Assembly: GCF_006345805.1 (NCBI RefSeq)
Contig: NW_021833076.1
Coordinates: forward strand, 1 to 64,000
Direction of reading: 5' to 3'
From: Octopus sinensis
Lineage: Eukaryota
DNA length: 64,000 nucleotides
Shown here: piece after piece, positions 1 through 10,759 of the stretch
Layout: every line of letters starts with the position of its first letter
Position numbering within the stretch: position 1 is the stretch's first letter
The notes under the pieces: model-generated
The model's input: the letters and a program-made list of their open reading frames with translations, nothing else
Databases searched by the model: none
Told to the model about the DNA's origin: nothing
Made by a program: the position numbers and the translations under genes

Positions 1-961
1 CATCGAACTTTACATTTACGACGCCCAGAGAACGAACAGGCCGGAATAATCGACGTCTGGCAGTACAACGTCGACCGAGAGTTTCTACAAATCCAGGAAA
101 TAGCCCAAAACTACCACTACATAGCAATTGTACTGCCCACCCCTACTCCCAGGACACCGAATTCCCCGGCTGCATCGAACAAGTCGACCACCGGGTTGTC
201 AAACACCACGGCTATCAAAACGTGGCTGCCAACCTCCGCCAACTAAACGTGATCCAAATCGGGATTTCCTTCTTCACGGAGGACGGACAGTGCCCTCCGG
301 GATTCCACACGTGGCAATTCAACCTCAAATTCAATCTCAAGTTTTCCCGCCTTTCCATCATAGACGGGAAAAATTCAACGAGTCCTCAATCCGACTTTTA
401 CAGAGCGCGGGCCTCAATTTCGAGGACCACGAGAAGTACGGAATCGACCACGACACTTTGGGGTGCCTGTTCTACACGTCGGGACTGATCCTCGACCCCC
501 GCAAGGTCTTTATTGGCTTCCACTGGTTTGTTGAGTTGTTTTGATGTGTTCAGTGCCTTTGATTTTGCCTATCTTGTCAAGGTTCTCAAGTCTGGGTTGG
601 TTCCGTCTTCGGAAACGCGTTTTTTTACTTATTTGAGAAAGTTTTTTCCGCGGATTTATGACTTGAAGTACATGATGAAGTCATGCAGGTCATTGCGTGG
701 GGGACTTCAGGATATTTGCACGTTTTTTGATGTTTGTTGTTGGGGGATGGTTTTGTAGATCAGACGACTGGGGATGCAGCATCAGGCGGGGAGTGACAGT
801 TGGGTGACGGGGATGTGCTTTTTTAGAATGAGAGATGTTTTGCTTTCTCTCTAGTTTAGCTGTTTTTTGCTCCTCATTTGAACGAACGACAGTATTGCAA
901 TATGCTCTTCTTTTTGGGAGGGGAAGCGATGCAGGAGATCACCGATGAGTCTTGTGTTTGA
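1..961 (+). CDS. CNOT7: CCR4-NOT deadenylase CAF1/POP2 (CNOT7/8 family), 5'-partial, five mini-introns
   Basis: Spliced translation gives IIDVWQYNV...YIAI|DTEFPG...TWQFNLKFNL...GFH|AFDFAYL...FFPRIYDLKYMMKSC..LRGGLQ...HQAGSDS, the DEDD nuclease motifs. GT-AG introns at 130-152, 341-363, 526-553, 732-758 and 837-859. Stop TGA at 959-961. CNOT7 versus CNOT8 not resolved. Confidence 0.93.
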
Positions 962-1130
962 ATTGAATTATCTTCTCTTTGTTTTATTTATTAAAAAAGT
1001 GATTTTTGTGAACGTTGGGTTGAATTGTGCTCATTTTTCGTTCCTTATTGCTATTTTCTTCACGTTTTCTTTTGATACTGGATTCCATTGGACTCGACAG
1101 GTTCGACGGAAAATGTTCAATGCATTATAA

Positions 1131-3384
1131 CAGCGTTTCCCAAAGTGGGTGCTGCGGCAAATACTAGGGGTGACCCAAAATTCGAAAAATTATTTTATTA
1201 CGTAAGTAAATTATAAAAAGTTGCAATTAGAGATAAAGAAACGAAAATAACTGTACGAATATCTGTTATACGAATTTGTCAAGTGTTGTGAACAGCTTTT
1301 ATCGAAAGCCGAATGTAGGCTTTGTTTGAAAAAAACTAGCACTTTTACTTGTTCTGAGAAGATAATGAACATAGTGAAAAGTTCTGTTTATGAAGCACTG
1401 ACGTCTCTTTCGAAGTAATGACATACTTCTTTTGTGACTTAGATTAGCTATTTAATTGCCAAAATGGGTGAAGCACATTCGATTGGCTAAATACTGATCA
1501 AACCATGCGTAGAAAAGATTCTTCAATATTTTTCGGTGATGATGATTCCAAAAAGATTGAACTAATTTCATTTTCCAATAACACGATTAGTAGGAGAATA
1601 CATGATATGAAAGCAGAACTCGAATAACAGTTAATAACACGAATGAAAAATCTGCTTTTAGTCTGCATGGATGATTTACCTATATTAATGATTTTTATTT
1701 GTTATTTCTGCAATGAATCTATCGAAGATTTTTTTCTTTGTGAGTCGATTAATTTTATTTATTTATTATTTATTAAATCAAATGAAAATAAATAACAAAT
1801 ATTCAATTGTATCAATAATTATTTTAATGAAACAAATATTTCCTAGATAAACTGTATCAGCGTTATCACTGCGGAACCGGATGTCTTAATCGGTCACACA
1901 ACAAAAATGGGGGAGACAAGATTGACCAGAAGAGACACACGACTCTGTTTGGATTAGTTAGTTCATTGGTAACATGTTCTCTTTCTGTCTTGTTCTTTCT
2001 ATAAAAAAGCGTGGACTGCCTGAGCGAGATGGGAGACATGTCAACATGTTTACATTCGCGTAAGGGCTATTTACGATTTTTACGAAACTGTATTGATGTT
2101 TGTACCGATGAAGAAAAATCAATCACTGGAAAATTTTCTGGAGCAGTTTTTCGTATTAAAGAAATAGCTTGAAAATATTTTACCAATCACTGTATTCTGC
2201 ATTTGTGTCCAAAAATTTACCTATCCACTCAAAAAACCATCTCAATTCGCGGGCGTAACCTGTGAGTGTCGAAATCCGAGACCCGATCTACTGAACAAAG
2301 CTGATTGCCTTTCCGAACAAAGAACCAGATTTCTCAACTGAGAATGGAAAGAATTGGTACTTCTCCGCAAGTGAAGAGTACTTTCGCATATTTTTACATT
2401 CGGCAGTAGTGGCGATTGATTCAGGGGCGTATGTGGACATCAGCAGGTTCTTGGGCGAGAATGAGTCTACACACGTGCATTCCAGGAGGGACGACGGGCC
2501 GTCTCGAAGCAGGCCAAACGATGTTGATCAAGGGATGCGCGGAATGACTTAATACGCGATTGAAGGCGAATTTCTTTCCAAGCAAATTGCATTTGCGGGA
2601 GGTCCGGAATTTCAAGACCAAGCGAGTGCCACTTCATGACGGCCGATGATTACTCTGGAGGCACGTAAAAGATAAAATTATGGCTCTGTCACTAAAAAAT
2701 ACAATATTTGATATTATGTGTTAAAGAAAATAACTTCGAGTGTTTTCAACACAAACACGAATATATTGAGTCCACTACGTTGAACGAGGAATTTTTGTGA
2801 ACTAGTAGATCATTTGGAGCAATTAAAAGTGAATATAAAAAAACATTTTCCAGACAAAAAAGTGAATAATGATCGAAGAGTTTTTTTTGGTGATATTTTT
2901 TTGGTAAAAAGTTTTTTAAAAATATTGTGTAATTGTTTTTTACTATTAAAAAGTCGTTTATTGAGCTCCTTACATAATAGTCAATAAATCAAAAAAAATT
3001 TTTCGCTGAATATCAACAAATTCTTTAAATATTAACAGATCACGAATTGAAATAAGTGTTAAAAAAAGTTAAATAATTTTTAGATTTTAAACTGAATCAT
3101 TGTTTAGTTTTTGGAGTAAAATACAAAATCAGTATCCTTCATTGTCAGACCAGGCTGTCCATGCGCTCTTACCATTTTCGACGACATATTTATCATTTTC
3201 GTTTTCGTTATACACTGCGACCAAAGCAAAATACAGGAATCAATTAGATGCGTTGGTTGACATGAAAGTCCAACTCTCAAGTTTAACTCCTCTTATTAAA
3301 CGACTTTGTAATTGTAAAAAACAATTACACAATATTTTTAAAAAACTTTTTACCAAAAAAATATCACCAAAAAAAACTCTTTGA
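1131..3384 (+). mobile_element. Degenerate hAT (Buster/ZBED5-FAM200-like) DNA transposon, interrupted by insertions
   Basis: Left end CAGCGTTTCCCAAAGTGGG preceded by 8-mer CATTATAA with central TA. Remnant peptides ISFSNNTISRRIHDM (~1560-1610) and the C-terminal dimerisation region QYPSLSDQAVHALLPFSTTYL...TKAKYRNQL (3100-3384). Right TIR not found. Confidence 0.8.
2221..2680 (-). mobile_element. CRE-clade non-LTR retrotransposon fragment, nested in the hAT element
   Basis: Minus strand encodes QFAWKEI...LDQHRLACFETA, then TCVDSFS...TTAECKNMRKYSSLAEKYQFFPFSVEKSGSL...ARELRWFFEWI. This is closely similar to the fragment at 53198-53476. Confidence 0.8.
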
Positions 3385-3447
3385 TAAATTAATGAGGTTT
3401 TCACCGTGGTCTTAAATAAAATAAAAAATAAATAAAAATAACAGACT

Positions 3448-4312
3448 AATGGTTAGTTGTATTTCCTAACATTTAGATATAATTAAAAAATGAAACCAAA
3501 ATAGTTACTATGAATAGAGTTAAAAAATGTTAAGTTTTTAAATTTTTAGCAATTATCTTTTGTCAATAATTAGGTTCAAACTATGTAGGTCACCCTGTCA
3601 ACAATGAAGGTCGCAGGAGTGGGGCGCGACATACTATATCGGAATTATACAGTCGCATCTTATGAATGGACAATCCTAATAATCCCACAATAGAACACCA
3701 CCATCCTTCTTACCCGCGATCACTTTCCAGAGAAGAACACAGATTACTTTATCAACCCTTCTGACCTAACCTTAACTTAAAAAAAGTTGAAAAAAAATCC
3801 CTAACCAATAAATTTCGAGAAATTAAAAAGGCGCAGCAATACCGATGATTCCACAGGCAATTCGAGGACCACTATTCCCTGTGATTGGACTCAACTCATG
3901 TTTGCCCCTGTTAAGGTCGTCGGCCCACTCGTGCAACTACAAATACATCCCTCCCACATACCACGAGTGTCCTCCCAATCACAGAGTGGGGTCCAATCAA
4001 CTGAATCTGCGCATCACGTACATCCAAATTCGCCACTCCATCAGAAAATAACAAATTGCCCAAATCACCGACATGTCTGATCAACAGAGAACGGGTACCT
4101 CTCTTCGTCAGTTATATCTCCGTGCACTTTTCCGAAGGGGTTGTAGTGACTACCCGCGGACGTACACCCTGCCAGTTTTGGGGAATGAATGTACCGTTTG
4201 TAAGGTCGCCAAATTCGTGGATATGAAACCCGTGTTGTCCGTCTGCGACTTTTCCGTTGAGAGTGGTGATTTTTCCGAAAATGTGAGTGGTCTCCGAAGC
4301 GGACTGTTTTAG
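3448..4312 (+). CDS. Unidentified multi-exon gene (approximate limits)
   Basis: GC-richer island with several GT-AG mini-intron candidates and a Cys-containing last segment ([13 protein letters not shown]). No family recognised and no complete frame could be assembled. Confidence 0.35.
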
Positions 4313-6082
4313 TTATTTTAGTTTATACTGCTTGGGAAAATTTGATAATTCCATGAATATTTAAATCAGGGTTTGAGAGCACACAAACAGCGTACGCCAT
4401 GCAACTGAAATTATAATTTATTTGCCATATTATTACGTCTAATAAATATCATTTTTAATTATATACAAAAATTAATTCTTCTAATCTTAGCTGACCTATT
4501 CGCTCAAGTTTTGAAAGCAAAAAATGTGAGACACATCCAAATCTACTATAGTTAGCTAGTTGATTTTTAGCGAAGAATATTTGCGAAGAATAAATTCACC
4601 TTCGTTGTTAATCAAGTTTAGAAACTTGAAAGCGAATGCTCATTTACAAACCCGATATAGTTGGAGTTAATTGCACTTTTTCCTTTTTTAGATCTTTCAA
4701 GTAAAGTCTAAAAATCCAACTTTAGTTTGTTTCATTCTTTATAAAGAGAATAACATTCCATTTCCATAAATTTGATAATTGACTTGCATTTTATTTAATA
4801 ATTCCAAAAACTTTTCTTTATAACAATGGAAAAAACCTTATTAACGCAAATTAAATGTGGAATTATACAAATTGGGACAGCATCATCGACTTTTGCCAAC
4901 AGAACTACATTTATTGAATAAAGTTAAGTTTAGATTTATCATCAAGTGTATTGTTTTATTGAAAATAATTATAAAATAAAGCCTATGAAAGCTTAGTGCT
5001 CATTTTACAATCCTTTAGTTTTTATTAAGAAGACTGAAGTAAAATTTGGACATTTTCTGAGAATAAACTTCAAACTCAGTTTGTAACAGAATAGTTTAAT
5101 GAATGGAATTTTATGGCAAGTCTAATGCTGAGAGCTGCAGTAATTTCAATTCTAATATGAAAAAATTTAGAGTGGTTGAAAAATAAATATAGAATGTAAG
5201 ATGTAGAGATAAAACACATTTGCGACATTTCCAGACGGTTGTAAATATTTCCTTGCTTTCTGAAAATCAAAACTTAGGAACAAGAATAATAATATTTATA
5301 GTCAAATAAATAAGAATCCGATTCTGACGATTCGTTAGGTTCATTTTGTTTGGTAAAAGATTCGAAAAAGACCTTTAATTTGATATAAACCTCATCTAAA
5401 TAGATAAAACTAGTAACGCATCTTGTTGGTCGTCTGCAAATATTGTATGAACTCAGACGATATTACACTCTGTCGTACAAACTAATACAGAATGATCTGA
5501 GAATACGTGATAGAAGGATTAGTTTTTGCAAGAAGAGATTTTTAGTTTTGAAAGAATGTGGATGAAGTCTTAACCATGGATGATCTAGTTATGTCTTTTT
5601 TAGAACACATGATAAACCATGAGCAACTCTAAAAATACATTTCAGGAAATTTCTGTGATGTAAATCCGAAATCAGCAAAGGACGACGTAGACCATAAAAA
5701 TGTAAAACCAGACAATCCTACCAATCTCCTTCACAAATAAACATTTAGTTGGTCAATATTGAAAAAATCATTAAGAATACGCGACGAATCTATCAGAACA
5801 GAGTTGAATGAAAAATTAATTTGGAATGTTTTAACATGTTCGAAAAATACATTATTTAGTATTATTTTTTAAACAGTTTCTATATAGCTTTTATATTTTG
5901 TATATCGGATTTTGATAAGAATCATCATTGATGACTCCAATTATTAACTACTTAAAACACAGTGAAATAAAAATACAAAATGACCAATAACCCATCTAAA
6001 AAAGTGCCCGCAATACTGCAATGAGTAAAAATACATAACTATCACTTTCAAATATAAAATGATTTTATTACTGAAAAGTCAA

Positions 6083-7867
6083 TCACCAGGTTTTACTCCA
6101 CAAAAAATGATGGACTCGCTTACTAATAACAGGCCCAACTCTTCTACACAATCACAAGTTGATAAAACCGTCTCCCATCGGAAATATTAGCCAACATGGA
6201 CAGTCGAGTGTCATCATCTGGACAAGACCGATATGCCTCAATCAACCTCCCCAGACTGCCATACTTCGTGGCGATCGAGGAACTCTTCATGACCGACATT
6301 CCTTCCACCTGACACAACACCATCGTCAGCATTGCAGACCCGGATATGTCCTCCAATATACCAATACCAGTACTATCGATTTCCCAAAACGGCGGGAAAA
6401 ATCTGAAAATGAATAGAATATTGCATCTTCTTTCCCGCGCTTTTCCAATACTTGTTCAATCGGCTTCACGTGGATGTCGACTCCCTGCAATGTGGGATGG
6501 GAATACCCTAAATTGGCTGCTCAGGTGACTGTGGACAGTCTTGAGCAACCTAGCAGTGGAAACTGAGTTGAATGTGCGATAAACACGAATTTGGTCGATG
6601 ATCAACAAATAGAGAGGGAATATACTTGTATGTTACATATGGCCTGTTGGAGAGAGGACGAGTTGAGTGAGCAGTAGAGTGCCCCTTTTCTACCATCCTC
6701 GACCACATACATTATATTCCTAATTCCTGTCGTTTTGAGGCGATGCTGTCATTTAGGCCTGTCCAATACCTTCTGCTCGTGGAGACGTCCGTCAATTATA
6801 GACGAGGCAAGGTCGTCAATTCGTTTCCTCTCCACAATAAAATCAAGCACCACATCGTCATCATCTATTATTTATTTATTTATTAAAATAAATAAATTAT
6901 ATATATTTAAATATTTAAACAAATATTTAAATAAATAAATTAATTACTCACGTGGACACACAGGGTGCTCAGAATGCCTTGAATACACCCACAAATAATC
7001 CCCCACAACCAGTTTGGTGACACAGTAGTCAATACTGGCCAACTCCCGGAAGAGCTGTTCATTCCGATTCCCACAGAACTCACAATTATCCACGTACAGC
7101 ACAATCCGCCCTCCCTCACTCGGATGCACTACCGTCCTCTCCCCTCCTGTCAACTCACTCGACTGAGCCCCCGAGCCCGCCAAATCTATTTCCGCGCTGA
7201 TGGTTGACCACAGTCTGGTCCCTTCTGGTGTCAGACAGTACCTTAAATATACAAAATGGTATATTTTCACTCAGTTGCTGTTTTTTTCCCGACGACTTTT
7301 AATTTTAGTAAATTTTTCATAGATTTCCATATTTCTGAGTCGTCTATTATTTAAATAAATAAATATACCAATGTTGTCGACGTGGGTGATGTACTTTTTC
7401 GATCTTTCAATAAGAACAGCCTTAGTTGCTCGATCATTCTCGTTGTTCTATATTGACAGAAAGAAAAAAACCTCAGTTAAAGCCATTATTAAGCCATAAC
7501 CGGCAGATCCCTCAGAATATGACGACACTGGGCGAGTTGGATTGCAAGGATTTGTAGTCCTTGTTGTCTCAGGATTTGTCTGTGCCAGTCTTTGGTCGAC
7601 CATTGCACACAATTTAGGTCCAAAACCCTCCAGGATTTTACAATCGTTGCCTGATTTGATTCGGATAGGGAATTTCCTTAGGGAGGCTGCGGCCTATTGG
7701 AATAGATGTTAGGTTAGTACTTTTCTGTATATAAACTTTGACATGAGTCCATCTTTGGAGGATTGGTCTTGTAGTTCTTTAAGCCATTTAAGGATATCAA
7801 CGTTGGGATTTTTGTTTATTTTTACTTTTCTTATTTTGTTATCAACAGGAGCACCACCTGACTCCAT
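6083..7867 (-). CDS. MUS81: Crossover-junction endonuclease MUS81
   Basis: N-terminal [12 protein letters not shown]...YRK|[33 protein letters not shown]. Winged-helix region [13 protein letters not shown]4 domain LVVGDYLWV...[21 protein letters not shown]-terminal HhH ...[15 protein letters not shown]. Confidence 0.92.
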
Positions 7868-8209
7868 TTTTTAAATATTTTATTTATTACGAGATTAGTA
7901 AGGCCAATTATATTATTAAAAGAATTAAAAATAATTGGTATATTAAAAAACCAGAAATGAATTAAATTAATATATTTTATATAAAAGAAAATTATTTATA
8001 TATGGAAAATTTGTTTAAAAAAGGCAGTCTGTCTTTCCCTCCATTTTTTGCTGAGATGTAAAAATGGATGGTTAACCATTAAAAATCAAATCACATTTTT
8101 GATGAGGAAACACATTTTCCTTCATTTTCGAAGAGAAAACAAAATTTTTTGAACTCTCCTTTGCCTCATTCGTCGTCCCTACAATCAAAACCCCCTCAAA
8201 CTCTCAATT

Positions 8210-9856
8210 TTAGCACTCATCTCCTCCCTCTCGTACTTCCTCACCAACGACCTCATCCATTTGTGTTTGAGGGCACTGCAGGGGGTCATCCTCCGTGCTG
8301 GATCCCACCTAAATTGATGAATAACGTCATCACAACTCGAGACATTTGGCTATAAAATCGACAAAAATCGTGTCGTTTGAGCCGACAGCAGACGCGAGAG
8401 ATTTGGAGGCGGGTTTGGACTTTCTTCTGCACTTGGAGGTGACAGTCAGTTTGTTATTTGAATCTAAACTTATTTTGTATATTTGACCAAAAAAATAGCT
8501 TTTCCTGGAAGAATTGGCAATCATGTGAGTGGGCGGGTAGTCGAGGACCTGAATTATGTAGGACAATTGTTCGTGTTCGTTCTCCCCAGGGAAGAGTGGA
8601 TTCCCCGTGTACAATTCCGCAAGGATGCACCCGAGACTCCACATGTCAATCAACGTGGAATACGGAATCCCCAGGATCACTTCCGGGGCTCGGTAGAACC
8701 GGGACTGGATGTAGGAAAACACTAATATCAACAGGACTGACCAACATCGTTTATCCTCGTGACAACTTGACCCAAAGTCAATTATTTTGCATTTGCTTTG
8801 GCTGTTTTTGAGTAGTAGAATGTTCTCCTGTGGGTTGAGTAAGGGGGATACGGGTTTGAGGTCACAGTGGATGATTTTCTCCTTGTAGAGCAAGACCAGG
8901 CTTTGGAGAATGTGGTAGTTCAGTTTCCGAATTGTGCCCAAACTCATCCCTCCAAAGTTATTTCTTTTCAAAGCTTCGTATAAACTTGTTCTAAACACTA
9001 AAAACTCCCCAAAACCCCAAAAGTTCAAAACAAATGCACAAATGATTACGAAAGTAAAAATACTCGTTCATGTGGACAACATTGTACAAATTTTTGGTGT
9101 CCTTTCGCAGGATTTTGTCCAACATTTCCACCTCCATCAACGCCTGTTGGTGGAATCTACCCTCGTCAGGAAAACTGACCTTCGTTTGTTGCGAATAAGT
9201 TTAACTGCCACTGTGCGGTCTAATTTGTGGTCGTGGCATTTGAGGACCTGCCCGAAGGACCCTTTTCCTAATTCCTCGATGACTTGGAATCGGTAGTGGA
9301 GGTGGTCGTTGATGGTCTGTTGGTGGGGACGGAATACTTTTATGTAAAATCCCTGCTCGTTGTCAAATCCGTTGTTGTTTTTGAACTCGTTTGTTTCCCG
9401 TTTGCTCGCATTTGACCCAAAATACCAAATTTGTTTGTATTTGAGTATTTCCGACTGCTCGAATGTGGTCAACTTGTTTCCAAAATGGAGCAAGCAGTCT
9501 ACTTTAAATATTATTTCCAGACCTTCCCCGCTCATTGGGAGTTGGGCCCTGCTCGGCATTGGTGTGTTGCTGACTCTGCCTTGGAGAGACATTTTTCGGT
9601 TTGTTTTTTGAGTCCTGTCCACACGTTGTTTAATCTCGGGGAGAACGGTTCTGTCGGAAGGGATTTTGTTATGATTCAACCAGTTATGTTTATCCATAAA
9701 AAGGGAGACTATCAATATAATCCGAAATAACAGCACATAATAATTAGAATAAATATATATTACCCTATCGATCAGCTTGCTTTGATGGCTTAAAATGCTG
9801 ACAATCGATTCAATGTCACAATTCCCCTTTGTTCTTGTAAGTAGGATTTATACCAT
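8210..9856 (-). CDS. DYRK2: Class-2 dual-specificity tyrosine-regulated kinase (DYRK2/3/4); both ends approximate
   Basis: NAPA/DH-box region [12 protein letters not shown]...[26 protein letters not shown]|[28 protein letters not shown]. Several 24-nt in-frame introns. Confidence 0.92.
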
Positions 9857-10001
9857 TGTTGACCTTTGTGTATTATTTTTATTAGAGTTATTCTTTTGGT
9901 TATATATTCTAATAAATTATGTTGGTTGAATTAATTATGTGAATTTTAATCATTAAATAATAATTAATTTTAATAATTTAGGTCGACGTGGGGGTAAAGT
10001 A

Positions 10002-10358
10002 ATGATCCCTCGATTTGTATCATTTCCGAGAGTAATTTTTAATCATTTTTAAAAAACAAGTTTATTTCGAACGGTCAAATTAAAAAAATGAAGAAATACT
10101 GCCTCATCTCTGCAAGTGACGAATATTACAAATCTGTAATAATCAAGTACGAGCGATTATGCAGTCGTTTGTCCGAGGTGGACACCAAGGGAGTGGAACC
10201 CATGTGTTTTCCCAACGAAGACGAATTGTGTTCCGAATATATTCCATTCTAGGGTCGCCACTCTGAGATCAGACTCCGAAAGCAATGATATTGATAAAAA
10301 TATAATATTCAAAAACACAAAAAATTCTGTCAACGATTATTTTGTAGTTAAAAAGTAA
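10002..10358 (+). CDS. GATC: Mitochondrial Glu-tRNA(Gln) amidotransferase subunit C (absent from the ORF track)
   Basis: Two mini-introns join MIPRFVSFPR|FISNGQIKKMKKYCL...RLSEVDTKGVEPM...EL|VATLRSD...NDYFVVKK*. It contains the GatC signature L..VDT.GVEP, LRSD and the terminal YFV. Confidence 0.75.
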
Positions 10359-10759
10359 TTTAAATAATATTAATTCCAAACATTTTTCTATTAATATTGT
10401 TTTCGTGGTTTTTCTTGGGAATCTTTCATATTGCCTTGTTAAATGATTAAAGTCGAATAATAAGAATAAATTTATTTTGGACCGTACAACGTATCCGTGC
10501 TTACAGGAAACAAAAGTAAAGGATGGATTAGACAGAATCAATTTACGCCTGATTCTGTGCCCCACTGAACAGTTGGTGTAAAACCGAATTAACTTTGTGA
10601 TAAACTTTTTATCCAGATTTGGATGATCACGGCCGGTTACATTTTACCATGAAAAATTTCAATTTAACCTTGAACAAATCATCCTATTTTAATCATTAAA
10701 GATTAATGTATTTTATTTAAAATCTGATTTATTTTGAACCAATAATAAATTAATAGTTA

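Noticed and set aside
1853-2054. Possible solo LTR (TGTA...TACA ends, TATA-like CTATAAAAA)
   Set aside because: No target-site duplication and no second copy in the window. Left as an unclassified insertion in the hAT remnant.
4400-6000. Degenerate transposase-like sequence
   Set aside because: No diagnostic motif or TIR could be identified by eye.
7377-7386. GTCGACGTGG as a promoter motif shared with 9982
   Set aside because: Here it lies in MUS81 coding sequence (HVDN), and other TCGACGTG hits are in FNTB, PUS1 and VPS13 exons.
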